A DNA stretch of 64,000 nt from Calcarisporiella thermophila CBS 279.70 (lineage: Eukaryota > Fungi > Calcarisporiellomycota), in NCBI RefSeq assembly GCF_041956535.1, contig NW_027192216.1, forward strand, positions 315,807 to 379,806, given 5' to 3'. Made by a program: the position numbers and the translations under genes. Below the pieces are notes generated by a model. It was not told where the DNA came from and searched no databases. It worked only from the letters and a program-made list of their open reading frames with translations. This document shows positions 1 to 13,077 of this stretch, in pieces; position 1 is the stretch's first letter; each line of letters opens with the position of its first letter.

Positions 1-807
1 CTTTCTATATGCATTATGCTCCAAAAAAAGCGGATCTTTATATGCCAATTATTTATCAAACCTGTATGTTTGTTTGTTTTCTCGTAAAATAAAATAGGAG
101 AAAGGTGGTAATATAAAAGTGTAGAATAGGTGATTGTGGTAATCAGGAGTTTAACATAAAAAAAGGAAAAAAAGGAATACACAATAGGGGTAGGAAATAG
201 AAAGGGAAAGTTACTGCGTCAGTCCAATATTAGCCCCTTCAATCATCACACCCTGTTTGCACCACCTGCATCGAAACAGATCAATCTCTCGCCTTAATCT
301 TGCACTTATCAATTCAGTTCCTATAGACTCTTCATTAAATTAGGCACAGTTGGTGAGGCACTCGGGTGAAATTCGAGTGTTGAAGTGATAAGCATTGCAA
401 ACTCGTTGCATTCTACAATACTGAGTAAAAGCAGTTTGGGCCACGGGTCTTACAGTTCTTGGAGTTTTAGGTAGATTTAGAATATTTGCGAAATAGAAAA
501 AATAAATTTTTAAGGTTTACTGTATAGTTACTGTATTTATAAGAAATATTTGTTAGATACATTGTGCTATGTTAAAAATAATAGAAATACAGCTAATCAA
601 GTGAATATCACAACTATTCTTTTCTATTTTCTTGTACAAAATTGATATTTTCCATCATAAGTTCTTCGAGTATTACGATGAGTATATTTTTAATGACTAC
701 AATAATACCTTGAAGTATAAATTTGGTATACAAAGCAAGCAAATCCGTGACTGTTTTAGATTATTGCTATAAAAATATACTCCAAACTTCAATAACAAAA
801 TAAAATC

Positions 808-2281
808 ATGGAACTCACTTTGTTAGATAAGATCCTTACAAACAAAGAGCATTCACCACTTATAGTAGTATCTGATACAGTGGAGCAGAGTGGATGGGAT
901 GTTCTAAAGGCTTTCTGGAAGCGCGATCTACAAAGTGAACAGTAAGTTTAAGGGTATCATATATATATCTTAAATGCTCTAACTTTTATCCCAATGAAGT
1001 AACCGCTCTCTTGTGTTGGTCTTAAATGAGACATCACCAGATATTATCAACATCAATGAAAAGTAATTTTGTTCGATAAGTCCGTGCTTTTATTTTTTTT
1101 TTTGCAAGCTAAACATCTTGATTGACCAGAGTAACAATTATCGACTGTTTTTCAAATCCTGGCTGGGAGGAAAAAGTAAATGACTCGAGCTCTACCAAAA
1201 TTATTCGGGTAACTGGCATACAGCTTGTGAGTGAGACCGTAGAGTCGTTGGCGAAAGAGGGTAAGTTTGTTGTATTCGAACCGTTTAATTCTATTCTATT
1301 ATTTTTTTTTTGGAAAATATAGCAATTGCATCTGGTCGAAAATTTACTCTCGTTTTTGATTCACTTTCAAACTTTTTTATGATTAATACACGCATGACTT
1401 TGAAAATGCTTAGCAGATTATCACAGTGCGCTTCAGGTATAATTTCCTATACTATATTACTTCAGTTTCGTTCTCTAAATTTAGTACTTTTAGAAACGTG
1501 CCGAATTGTAGCACTATATCACGATGATATTCCTACATCTGATGCTTTTACAAATTCTTCTGCCACGCCCTCTTGTATACCAGAGCTTACTGCTTCGCTT
1601 TCATATTATGCTCCGACAGTTATCCGAGTTATAAGTCTCCGACAAGCACAATTAGAGACAGCTGATATGATTACTAAAGCTACAAGAATGTCACTTGAAA
1701 AGACTAGCCTAGTGGATGTTGCAAGTAATTCTATCGCAGATTTTGTATGTTGTGTTGAACACCGAAAACCATCTGGTAAAGTGTTGAAAGAGGTACGTAT
1801 CATAACCAATGTTTGCATTCTATTTTGTATAAATTAAAATTTTATGTTGTAGATCGTCATGTGTAAGATTGTAGAAGGTCAAGAGTGGATTCACACATCT
1901 CCTTATAATGTTATTAGAGAAGAAAACTTAACTGACGTCAAAGAAAATGTAGGCTATAATTGTGTATCATTCTTTGGATAGTTTACTAATCATTTGCTCG
2001 ATTACTGTAATAGCAACCTGATCCTACTTTAGAACTGACCACTTTCAACCTATCTCTGACGGAAGAACAGAAACGTGCAAAGAATCAGGTGGTTTTGCCT
2101 TATACAAAGGCGCAACAACAAGGTAATGGTCCATTAAACGTTAAGAAAAATGGTGGCATTAGAAGTATCTGATATAGAAAAATTTGAATTAGGTGAATTA
2201 TCAGGTGGAACTATATTCTATGAACCCGATGCAGAAGATGACTTTGATGACGAGGATCCAGATGATGACCTAGATATATAA
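808..2281 (+). CDS. ELP5: Elongator complex protein 5 (Elp5/Iki1), multi-exon
   Basis: ATG at 808 (MELTLLDKIL...). The spliced C-terminus reads PDPTLELTTFNLSLTEEQKRAKNQVVLPY...GTIFYEPDAEDDFDDEDPDDDLDI*, the characteristic Elp5 tail. It has several short GT-AG introns. Confidence 0.88.
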
Positions 2282-2694
2282 TATATATTTCTTAATAATA
2301 ACACGATAAACCAGTTCAACCTATGACAGTCACAAATTTCACACGAGATCTCGGGCCAAAATCCAAACCGAACGGTTCAAGGGAAAAAATTATTACAAGC
2401 CTACGATTTCACAATAAGCAGAACTTTTCTATATAATTTGCTTCTCAAAAACAATTATAAAATTATAAAACTCTAGTTTTCTACTCTCAATTCAAACTGG
2501 CTCCCTTTAGCCTATCGTCTTCACGTATTCGTGCGGCATCCCCACGTTCACACGACGCACTTCGTGACCGCACTCCTACCCCACCCCCACCGCCCCACGC
2601 ACAACCTATTGCCACCTCTCCTTCGTCCGCCAACTGGAGACGTCTCTATTTGCCTTCGTCTAATCACCAAACATGGTCTTCTACGTTCAGCATA

Positions 2695-3389
2695 ATGTCA
2701 CGTCACTTACGAAGGAAGACAGTAGTACGCTTGAATTGTCGATTCTGCGATCGACTAGTATGTCTAAGGGGAATGAAAGTAAGCTTTTATTGTTTTTATT
2801 AAATTATAAGTCTTACATTGATTTACATTCTTTTCATAGGCAATGCTATTGGCAAACAACTCAGTACAGCTTTATTCTACGGATACGCCACCTCTTTCGC
2901 AAGTTTCAGGCTATCATAAACCATCATCAGTAGATTTGTTTTAACTCTCTGCACTAAATATAGAGTACAGCTCTTAGAAGAAGATTATACAACATCCAAT
3001 TGTGGTTGTAAACTTAGAGATATCGCGTGTCTGGAATGGTAATGTTTTTTTTTTAATTTAATGGTAAAATAGAAATAACATAAATTTTTTTCAATTATGT
3101 TAGCGGTAATGTTATAGGTAATTTATTTTGCATCTCACACAATAATCATATGTTTGTTGAAAAAAAAATTTGATAAACAGGCTACAACATTGTGACGCCC
3201 TGCTCTTCATGCACTAGCTCTGCGAACAATGGCCACTATTTTATGTTTCATATCGATGCCGTCACAGCAGAAGAGAGAGTGGATCCAGCAAGTCAGCGGC
3301 AATTATTATGGGCACATTTGCCGGCGGCAGATCTAGATATGGAATTGAAGAAAATGGGTGATTGGGATTATGAGTTAGTGTGCCGCTAA
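2695..3389 (+). CDS. FAM72: FAM72-family zinc-binding protein; possible CUG-initiated N-terminal extension from 2497
   Basis: The spliced product [77 protein letters not shown]..ELVCR* follows animal FAM72 motif by motif (CKFC..RGMKAVLLAD..STD.PP..CKCKLKDIACLKCGN..GY....PC.SC..S.NNGH..MFH). Confidence 0.88.
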
Positions 3390-4215
3390 TTCAACTGCTG
3401 TATATTTTATACTACCTAGTGACTTGTATTATATTTTATTTCTTCAAAGCTATTGCTCATTTTTTTATTTCTTATTATTCTTATTCTGGTGCATCTAGAG
3501 CTCAAGTTTTTAAGATTATACCACATATAACTTAATAATACAAAGAACAAGAATCAAACAAGAAAAACGCAAAACTGTAGCGTGGGAGTAAAAGTGAGTA
3601 AATGGTATTGATAATCTATTTCAGAATGGTATAATAGGTATATGCTGTTTAGTAAGTAATTCGATTATTATGACCTATTTCACAAATCTACTAAATCGAT
3701 TTTGTATAAGCATTAACTTGGCGTCAAGAGTATAATGTACAAATTGTATGGGAAATTTGCAGTTCTGATAGTAGAAAATCCTTCCATATATACGACTGCT
3801 AATTAGTAGTTGTTGTGACAAGATTTCTTTGATGCTTTTTGCATTTTTTTACATAGTTTCTGCTTACATGCTTAACAAACATCTAAGTTAGTCTCTCAAA
3901 ACATTCGGACTAAGATAATCATAAAATCCAATATTATCATATATTGAATATCTAGGTATCCTATGCTCACGAAGCTATTATTTCACACGATGATGCAAAA
4001 TTAAGTCCACGATAATACGCATTAGGCGTGATCTAAATATCTTGTTTATTATTCTTTAATAATATACTTAATCTTTTGACTTTACGGAAAATGGAAATTA
4101 GAGTGACGTCAACTATATTATATCTGCACCGAGAGACTCTTCAAATGAAGCTTAAATAATGAAAGTTACTTCTATATATTTTCTTCTATTGTTTTTCTTC
4201 CTCGAGAAAATTAAA

Positions 4216-5818
4216 ATGAATACCTTTCTGATTTTCTTTGCCCTTTTTTATAAAGTTTCCTGCTTAAATCCCATTATAATAGTGGGGAATAAGTTTGTTG
4301 ACTCTGTTACTAAAGATCTATTTTATATCCGTGGAGTTGCTTACCAGCCCCGAAATAAAGATCCTCTTGCAGATCCATTTGGATGCAAGAGAGATTTCCA
4401 GCTAATGAGAAATTTGGGAATGAACTCTGTGCGCGTGTATGAGGTAATTCTGTAGTTCTCACCATTCTTAACTCTTCCCATGAGAGCTATCAATGTATTT
4501 TTATTGATTCTAGGTCAACAATACTGCAGATCATGATATATGTATGCAATATATGTATGAGGTGGGGGTTAATAAGATCTCCTTAATGGATGCTTGATAT
4601 TAATTATAATTTTAGTATGGGCTCTATCTTATTTTGGATTTAAGTACACCGAGATATTCTATCAACCGCAATTCGCCCGAGTGGACTACCTCCCTGTTTA
4701 AAGAATATAAGAAGACAGTGGATGCGTTTTCAAAATATCCTCATACTCTTGCCTTCTTTGCTGGCAATGAGATAGTCAACGACCCCGATACTTCACGATC
4801 AGCCCCCTTTGTAAAAGCTGCAATCCGCGATTTAAAGTCTTACCTTAAAACAAAGTCCCGATATATCCCTGTTGGATACGCGACCAGTGATGATGTAAGA
4901 ATACGTGATAGGATGGCACAATTTCTGATTTGTGGTGAATTAGACACTCAAACAGATTTCTACGGTATAAATATGTACGAGTGGTGTGGGCAGTCATCCT
5001 ATGTCGAATCCGGTTATGCAGAGCGTACCAACGCATTTCGAAATTATAAAATCCCTGTATTTTTGTCCGAGTATGGATGCAATCAGCCTCGACCGCGTCT
5101 TTTTACAGAGGTCCTTAGCATCTATGGCCCAGAAATGTCCAATGTATTCTCGGGAGGAATAGTTTATGAATGGACAGAAGAAGAAAATAACTATGGGCTC
5201 GTAAAAATTGATGGGCATAGCATACGCTTACTACCGGATTACACGGCGCTCAAACAGCAGCTTGCAAGCGTTCCAGCTATACCTACTTCCCTAATTTCAA
5301 ATATCAATGGCAGTAGTGAATCGGTACAGTGCCCTATTCAAGATAAAAACTGGCAAGCTTCATTTCAATTACCGCCAACTCCTTCAGACGAGAATTGCAA
5401 GTGTATGACAGAGACACTTGGTTGTATATATGATTTAGATCGGGATGTGGGATCTACTCTAGATATGGTCTGTGGAATAACTGAGTGCGAAGATATTAGC
5501 GTGAATGGGACTGGCCGCTATGGCAAATGGTCATATTGTTCTGATAAACAGCGGATTAGTTTTGAGCTTGACAAACTCAGCAAGCTTTCTGGTGAATGCG
5601 GGTTTGGAGGGCGGCAAGTTAAACCCCTGCGTAATTTGGAAGAATGCAATAGTAACGTGATTTCCCGGAGTGGCACGAGTTCAGTAAAAGACAAATCAGT
5701 GAGCAGTGGCAGAATTGCAAAATATCTAGTAAAAAGGAATCAAAAGTCAAACTTAAGTTGGGAATTTGAATATTGGCAGTTATGGTTGCCGCTATTATTG
5801 TACTTGGTACTTTTTTAG
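4216..5818 (+). CDS. 1,3-beta-glucanosyltransferase (GH72, Gas/Gel/Phr family) with Cys-rich X8/CBM43 domain, probably GPI-anchored
   Basis: Signal peptide, FYIRGVAYQP, DPLAD, catalytic FFAGNE and FLSEYGC motifs, FSGGIVYEW, a Cys-box and a hydrophobic C-terminus. Two introns lie at about 4444-4513 and 4562-4615. Confidence 0.93.
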
Positions 5819-6177
5819 TGTCTTAGTGAATATTATTCTCATTTTTTAACACCAATTGAAGATATAGGTCAATGGAAATATAAATGCAATTATGGCAAAA
5901 CGTTATAAAGATATTATATATGAAGTATTCTAGGTTGTTAGAAAGAATGAATATAGGATTCAATTGGATTGAATATGTATATTGAAAATTTTACTCAAGA
6001 ATTACAGCAATGCAGGTTTACAAAATGCTTATACTTTATGAATACATATATACTTCAAGTATTTGTCGTTATGTAGAATACTATTGAATACTGTCAGATA
6101 ATATCTTTGTCCGGTTAAAGACATATTAGGTTAGGTTAGATTGTGGAAATTCCTTACACCACTTTCATTTTTGTCTA

Positions 6178-6185
6178 AACGCGTT
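6178..6185. promoter_or_regulatory. MCB (MluI cell-cycle box, ACGCGT) just upstream of CDH1
   Basis: AACGCGTT lies about 40 nt before the ATG, in an otherwise CpG-poor, AT-rich promoter. Confidence 0.4.
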
Positions 6186-6222
6186 TTTCTTATTTTTCAG
6201 CTCACTTTGTTAAATTGCGAAC

Positions 6223-8111
6223 ATGCATGAAGAGTTCAGCAATAGGGTGCGATCAGCTTCTAATACTGCTACGTCCAATTCTTCCTCGACGCTTAGCGAT
6301 CCATTCACTGTTTCTTCCGGCTCCTCCGCCTCTTCTGTAGGTGTCACCTCTCCCGTTAAAAGAAAAGCTTCTACGGTTCTCTACAGTGATAGGTAAATAT
6401 CGAGAGCATTTGTTTTCAATTAAGAAGATTAAATGAATGCTCTTGTACATGCATCAATGTTTTTATACGTTAATCAGAGCTCATTCTATGATTGATTGGT
6501 TTTCACAGATTTATACCAAGTCGTAACAGTGAAGTTGATCTTCCAACAAATTTTAATTTATTAAACGATCCTCCCACCACCCCGCGAGCAAAACGAAAAA
6601 CAACAACTGAACGAGACGTAGATGCTCGTCGAGGTAAATTTTCGAAAATACCCTCTAAAAATTGTATGATTGGGATAGCATAGTTGACTCAAATATTAAT
6701 TTTATCAGAAGAAGCTGACAGGACATTCAATGCACTTCTACGAACAGAACTGTTTGGATCGGAGCAAGTGACAGAAGATATGTACCAGAGTCCGTCCTCA
6801 TCCAAAGGGAGATCTCGAAAGCTCTTTACTTACCGTTCACCGACAAAACGCGAATCCAATTATGATTCGCCTACTCGTGATGCGTATTTACTCAGTCCAG
6901 TCCGCGCGGAGAGTCAGAAGCTATTATTAAGTCCAAGAAAAACTAAGCGACATATAAGTAAAACACCTTTTAAAGTTTTGGATGCACCAGAACTTCAGGT
7001 AATTGCCGAATCTAAATATAATCGGGAATACCAATTCCTACTAACCATTATACCTGCAAAACACAGGATGATTTCTATCTCAACCTCGTTGACTGGTCTT
7101 CGACTAATATACTTGGAGTTGGTCTAGGAAGTTGTGTTTATCTATGGAATGCATGCACTAGCAAAGTCACCAAACTCTGCGATCTCTCTCCTCATGATCA
7201 AATTACTTCGGTTGCTTGGACACAAAAAGTACTTAAAATTATATTGACATGTTATTCAAAATACTGTATTATCTTAACTCCAAATATATAGGGTTCACAT
7301 CTTGCTATTGGTACGAAAAAGGGGACAATACAATTGTGGGATGCAGCAAGATGTAAACGAATGAGAATGCTCTCTGGCCACCTGGCTCGAGTTGGCGCGC
7401 TTTCATGGAATGAACATGTGCTGACTTCTGGTAGCCGTGATAGAGTTATATATCATCGTGATGTCCGTGCACCAGATCCTTATTTCAGAAAATTGACAGA
7501 ACATCGACAGGAGGTATGTTGCAAAGTAGCCGAACTTATAATATGTACCTGACTTTTATTCCCTTTTTATTTAGGTATGTGGCCTCAGATGGAGCCCTGA
7601 TGGGAGTCATCTCGCAAGTGGTGGCAATGATAACAAGCTCCTTGTTTGGGATAAGTTTAGTGATGTTTCACTTCATCGTTTCACTGAGCATACCGCAGCT
7701 GTTAAGGCAATCGCATGGAGTCCTCACCAACATGGCCTACTTGCAAGTGGAGGGGGAACTCAAGATCAGCGGATCCGATTTTGGAACACATTAACGGGTG
7801 CTGCGCTTCATAATATACATACTGGATCCCAGGTGTGTAACTTGTCATGGTCCAAGACGGCAAACGAACTAGTGTCTACACATGGTTTCTCTCAGAATCA
7901 AGTAGTAATATGGAGATATCCCTCTATGGAACAACTGGCGGTTCTTACAGGACATACTTATCGCGTTTTATACCTTGCTATGTCCCCTGATGGTCAAACA
8001 ATCGTAACAGGTGCAGGAGATGAAACCTTACGATTTTGGAACGTTTTTAACCGTCGCGCTACTGAGTCAAGAGATGAAAGTTTATTAGATGCATTCTCTC
8101 AAATTCGATAA
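6223..8111 (+). CDS. CDH1: APC/C co-activator Cdh1/Fizzy-related (Srw1/Ste9), WD40
   Basis: C-box DRFIPSR (split by intron 1), KTPFKVLDAPELQDDFYLNLVDWS, WD40 repeats (HRQEVCGLRWS, GHTYRVLYLAMSPDGQTIVTGAGDETLRFW) and a C-terminal IR tail. Confidence 0.95.
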
Positions 8112-9724
8112 TCTTGCGGTTTATATTGTTGTCTATTTGTATATCCTACAATTCAGTCATTATATCATGTTCCTTTTAGCTTTTTTTTTTGTATTGTAGA
8201 AAGTTTTCTTATATTTTGTTATTTCGCTTGTTGTTTTAGCATTGTGCGATAAATTGAAATTTTCAAATCAATGCAGCTGTGAAACTATTCCAAGTTAATA
8301 GAATTGTATGAGGATAAGATATAATCCGGAGGAGTGTATAAGAGTGAAAAAGGACTCATTTGACGGGTTTATATCTTTTATAAGTGAATATTTGGTGTTA
8401 ATGGCTACGTTTATTTTAAAAATTCTCCAACGGCAGCAGGAATTATCAAAGACTTCACCACAACGCCTACTATCAAAGCCCTTTCTGATGGACCATGATA
8501 ATTTACTATACTCTTGGATGGAGGATGTTCGCAAATAATACGCTTATCTTCAGATGGCATACATATACCAAGTATCTGGTTCTATCCTACCGAGTTCTTT
8601 GTGGAGAAATATTGCTTGAATAGTCACAAGCACATATAATAGGAAACTACTGTGTTGCTTATAACGTGGATTGAAGATGTCGATTTTTGCTCCGGCGTGA
8701 AAGTAACTTAAGCGCTAGTTGTCGTAAACACATATATAGATCTATCCTTAATTCGGGTCGCATCGATGCTGATGCGACTAATGCAACGTAATTTCGAATT
8801 AATATTGGCATGGCGATGGATATTATCAATTGAAATTCGGAAAAGATTTGTTATGATTTGAAATATTCCAATCTGCGTTGTTCAAGAAACTGAATAGGGA
8901 TGGTTTATTTTAATCACTACATACTTTGGGGCAATTCTATTTTCAGACTTGTAGCAGGTTTGTATAAATGAATATCACGAGAATAATGTGAGCTCCGCCG
9001 TAGCTCATCTTCGATCCATCTTTCTAAAGCGGCCAAAGATTTAATAAGAATCAACCTGGACATTTTATATTCCCTTAAATTTTCGCTTGATTGGACCAGA
9101 GAGGTAATATTCGTATAGCTTTGAACTCTCGACTCTCGACAAAGCGAAGCTCCTTTGTGTTTTGTAAATGCAAAATAGATATTCTGGGTTTATGGAGCTG
9201 AAAATTAGAAATTGAAAATGTAGTTTGTTCTGAACAGTCGCAGAGAATTTGTAATTCATTCTACTTGATAATGGTCATATTGATAGAAGTGCGATTGCCT
9301 TGATCAAATTTGTCAATATCAGGATATTTTGCAATTCCGATCAGATCTTATTTGGCACCGAAGCTTCGATTCAAATCATTTGGCCATTATTATGTAGGTA
9401 AAAAGCCTCTATGGCTTGGATTACCTACCCTCATTTTCTCAACTTTGATCGCGAAGAGAGATATATGTGATCCCAACATTTTAGCTGCTGATGACTAGAG
9501 TTCGTTTCTAATTATTAACATAGTCCAATTTACTCTCTATTGTTGATTCCAATCTTGAAACTAAGATGGACTCAATTAACTCTCAATTTTCTTTTTAACT
9601 TAAAATAATCTCCTGTTTACTTACTCCTTTCATCAGCGCCATTAATTCTTCTAATTTAATTTGGATATTGCCTGCCAGTGTTTCCTATTTCTTTTTACGT
9701 TCATTTTCGTCAACTATCTACATC

Positions 9725-12540
9725 ATGGAATCTTCACGGTGTGCACTTCTCATGGTGGACAATTCCTGTACTGACACTATATACTTACAAAGACGTGTGC
9801 AGGGGGTCAAGAGGGAATTGGAATGGATGCTAGAGGAATTTACTGAAGGTAGCTGGAGGTGAAGAAGATGTTTGATGCATAGGCTAATTTTTTAATTTTA
9901 GTGGTGCTGGTACCTTCCAATGATGCAGCAATGAAATTTTTGGAGCAGAGACCACGAGTTGGAGTATTGCCTGTTATTGCGCTCATAGATGTAGATATAT
10001 CTGGAGTAGAGTTGCTAGTCATGATAGCAAGCAAGCTTGTAAATGGGATGCTACATGATGTAGTGCCTGTTGGTGAGATGATTGCACAATATTTTTTTTA
10101 TAATTTTCACTCTCTAATACTTTATTTCTTGCCTACCTCTAAATATTTCAAGCATGCTCCAAGAACGATTCACCGAATTTCATGCTACAATGCATAAATA
10201 TGGGGGCTGCTGACTACCTACTTAAGCCGCTCTCACGAGAAACGATCAAGACTTTGTTTTTAGTAATATATTTTTTGATTCTTTTATGTGAATCTTTCTA
10301 ATTTCGTTTTACGACCAGAACATGTATAAATATCGAGTATCTGATCATTTGCTCGGTTTGCCCGCGTGCACTATAAGAGCCCAACCGAATTCAAAGTCGC
10401 AAACATGCCCACGACTTCGTGATCGATTAAAAGAAGTTTTAATCAGAGATAGATGGTAATTGATAATAGGGCTCTGCCCCTTTCCTACATGTCCGAAGTT
10501 AACTTTCAATATAAATTATATAGGCTGGGAAACTTTCTTATGGAGTATTTTTGCCCTCCAATTGCCTCTGTAGACTTGGGATATCCAAGGTAAACACATA
10601 AAATAATATACGGGTAAACCTATATTAAGACTGTTATTAATAAACTTTCACAAATAGATTAAATTCTACTGCGACGGAAGAGAGAAATCTCATCTTGAAA
10701 TCTCGCTTATGCAGCTGGAATTTCTGCACTCAAGATTTATCAGAGGAAGATTTGCTACGTTGCGTATGCCTAATTTTTGAGCAAGTTTTAAGCCTGGAAG
10801 AGTGTCCATATAAAAACCAAGGTACTTTACTGGATGTATGAATATGCTATAAGAACATTTATATTTATTTGTTATAATTAGCAGAGCGGCTACATCGTTT
10901 CGTGTTAGCCCTACGCAATTCGTACCACCATACTAATCCGTATCATAATTTTATGCATGCAGTCGATGTTCTTCAAGCAACCTACTATTTTTTAGTTCAA
11001 ATGAAGCTGTTGCAACCTCTGGCACAGGGTGATACTCAGCCAATCTCTCGTATACCCTTCTCAATCAGCCTTCAAAGAGAGTCTCAAGTTCAGCGGCTTT
11101 TCCGACACGTAGATATCCTAGCTCTTTTATTAGCTTCCATTGGGCACGACATTGGACACCCTGGCTTGAGCAACATGTTTCTGGTAATTTTTTTCTCGAA
11201 TTTTTCTATTTCTCAAACTAAATTTTTAATTCATAAATTCCACTAGTCAAATTTGTCGTGTCCCCTTGCGCTATTATATAACGATAAATCGATTCTCGAA
11301 AATTTTCATTCAATGGCACTATTTCAGCTGATGAAAAAGCACCACTTTTGCTATAGCGATGAGCCTAATGATAAAGAATATACAGGTTAACATTAATGTA
11401 CCGGCATTAAATAGGTCTGCATATTTATCATCTATTTTCATGACATAGGATTCCGAAAGCTTATTGTTAATTCTATTCTCGCAACTGATATGGCACTACA
11501 TTGGGATTATATCACCAAGCTAAAGGATCATCTTGACCGACTCATAAACCATGATGTTCTGAACTATGACCCACAATTGATGGAGCAGGATCGCCTTCTT
11601 ATATGTGGAATTCTTATTAAATGTGCAGACATTAGCAACTGTGCTCGCCCATTTCAGATTGCAGAACAGTGGTCAAAGGTACTAATTGAAGAATTTACAT
11701 GTCAAGGTGATCTAGAGAAAGAGCTCCACCTTCCAGTTTTATATATGAATGATCGAGATAAAGTGACCGCTGCAGATTCCCAAATTGGATTTATATCCAA
11801 TTTGGCTCTTCCTCTTTTCGAAGTTGTTGCAAATCTTATTCCTGGTAATTTTTATTATTTTTAAAGAAATTTTATATTTAAGATTATTAACGAATTGATT
11901 TTAAATATAGAAATGGGGTATTGCGTCGACTATCTTTTTTCTAATAAAAAGGCTTGGGAAGATAGAAAGTATCTGTCGCAAGATAAGGAAATTGCTTCGG
12001 GTAGGCTTATTAATATTTCTTATTATAAGTCTAGTGAAAAATATTTATGATTTATGATATTTATACGCAATAGTTTCTCTTATCCAACAAGATAAAGTGC
12101 AAATTGAGAGCTCTCCAAAACCTGATCGTGCTTGGAACCTTGAAACTTCGAGTGGTAGTGACGTAGAAGACGAGGACGAACCACCTGAAATGACGAGGTG
12201 GTACGATGCTGTAGAACATTTAGTTGAGGCAACAAGCCCTCCACTTTTTCCTCGAGCATCTGCATCAATGACTCCTTACTTGACACTCATTGGAGTTCGC
12301 GAGGGACGACGTGGTTCACTACCAGCTAATCTCAACTTACGGCAAAATTGTGCAGATAATGACACTAACAAATCCCAAGAGCATGAGCGTGTGTTTAGGC
12401 CTTATCTTCGACCTTTCGAGGGATCGCTTACGCAACGTCGGCGCTCTACACCGACAATTATTTCTGCATGGTCAAGCAATAGGGACGTGTTTGTTGAAAA
12501 CTTGAGAATGGGGGGAACAACTTGTGCGGGGAGATCGTAG
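9725..12540 (+). CDS. Class I cyclic-nucleotide phosphodiesterase (Pde2-like) with an N-terminal response-regulator receiver domain
   Basis: PDEase_I motifs NPYHNFMHAVDV, HDIGHPG, ILENFH, ILATDM, KCADISN and EEFTCQGD. The N-terminus has LMVDN..LIDVD..VPVACS..GAADYLLKP receiver motifs. It has many short introns. Confidence 0.9.
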
Positions 12541-13077
12541 TGTTTCTCGGCTGGATTTATTCATTATATATCTGGATTATTATACTTATTTAACTTCGTT
12601 TTTCTTTATTTATTGTTTAGCTTTTCTTAAATTGTGAAATTTTTCGCCTCTCAAAATATACAATAGCTTTTCCTTTGCTTTTGGGTCTCGCTTTTTCCCT
12701 TTTGTTTGATATATATTTTCTTATGTTAAATGGTTCTTTTATCAATTATGACTTATTTATTAGATAACAATTTGACCAATAAACAGAATTACATTAGCAA
12801 TAACAATATTTTCAACCTTGTATAAGCTCGATAACAAGCATTAGGCAGGCAATCCAACATAACTTTTACAAAAATTTACATAAAATCATTTAGACTCTAG
12901 TTCCGTATTTCTATCATTTCGGTAATTTCTAACTCCGACATCATGTCATTTATAACGATAATAATACAGATACTCTATTCACGCAAAATGAAAATTGCCT
13001 TCAAGAGTAATTGTTAGGAGATTATAGCTGTTTATAAAGAATATATTGCTTTTTACAGTGGCAATTGAAAAAGGAGT

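Noticed and set aside
213-462. U3 snoRNA or RNase P interpretation of the left-end island
   Set aside because: There is no U3 box A/A' (TACTT..GGATCA). GTGAAATTCGAG sits in a local hairpin with no matching CR-V.
2323-2436. Short ATG ORF in frame with FAM72
   Set aside because: It ends in TAA at 2434 with no suitable GT donor to bypass it, and it lies in the ELP5 3' region.
6126-6139. TTAGGTTAGGTTAG, a telomere-like repeat
   Set aside because: Fewer than three units in an AT-rich promoter, so it is compatible with chance and is not an interstitial telomere.
8112-9724. Long spacer upstream of the PDE gene with small ORFs (8308-8538 and others)
   Set aside because: There is no protein motif, consistent exon chain, terminal repeat or transposase remnant. 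It is probably a promoter or 5' UTR.
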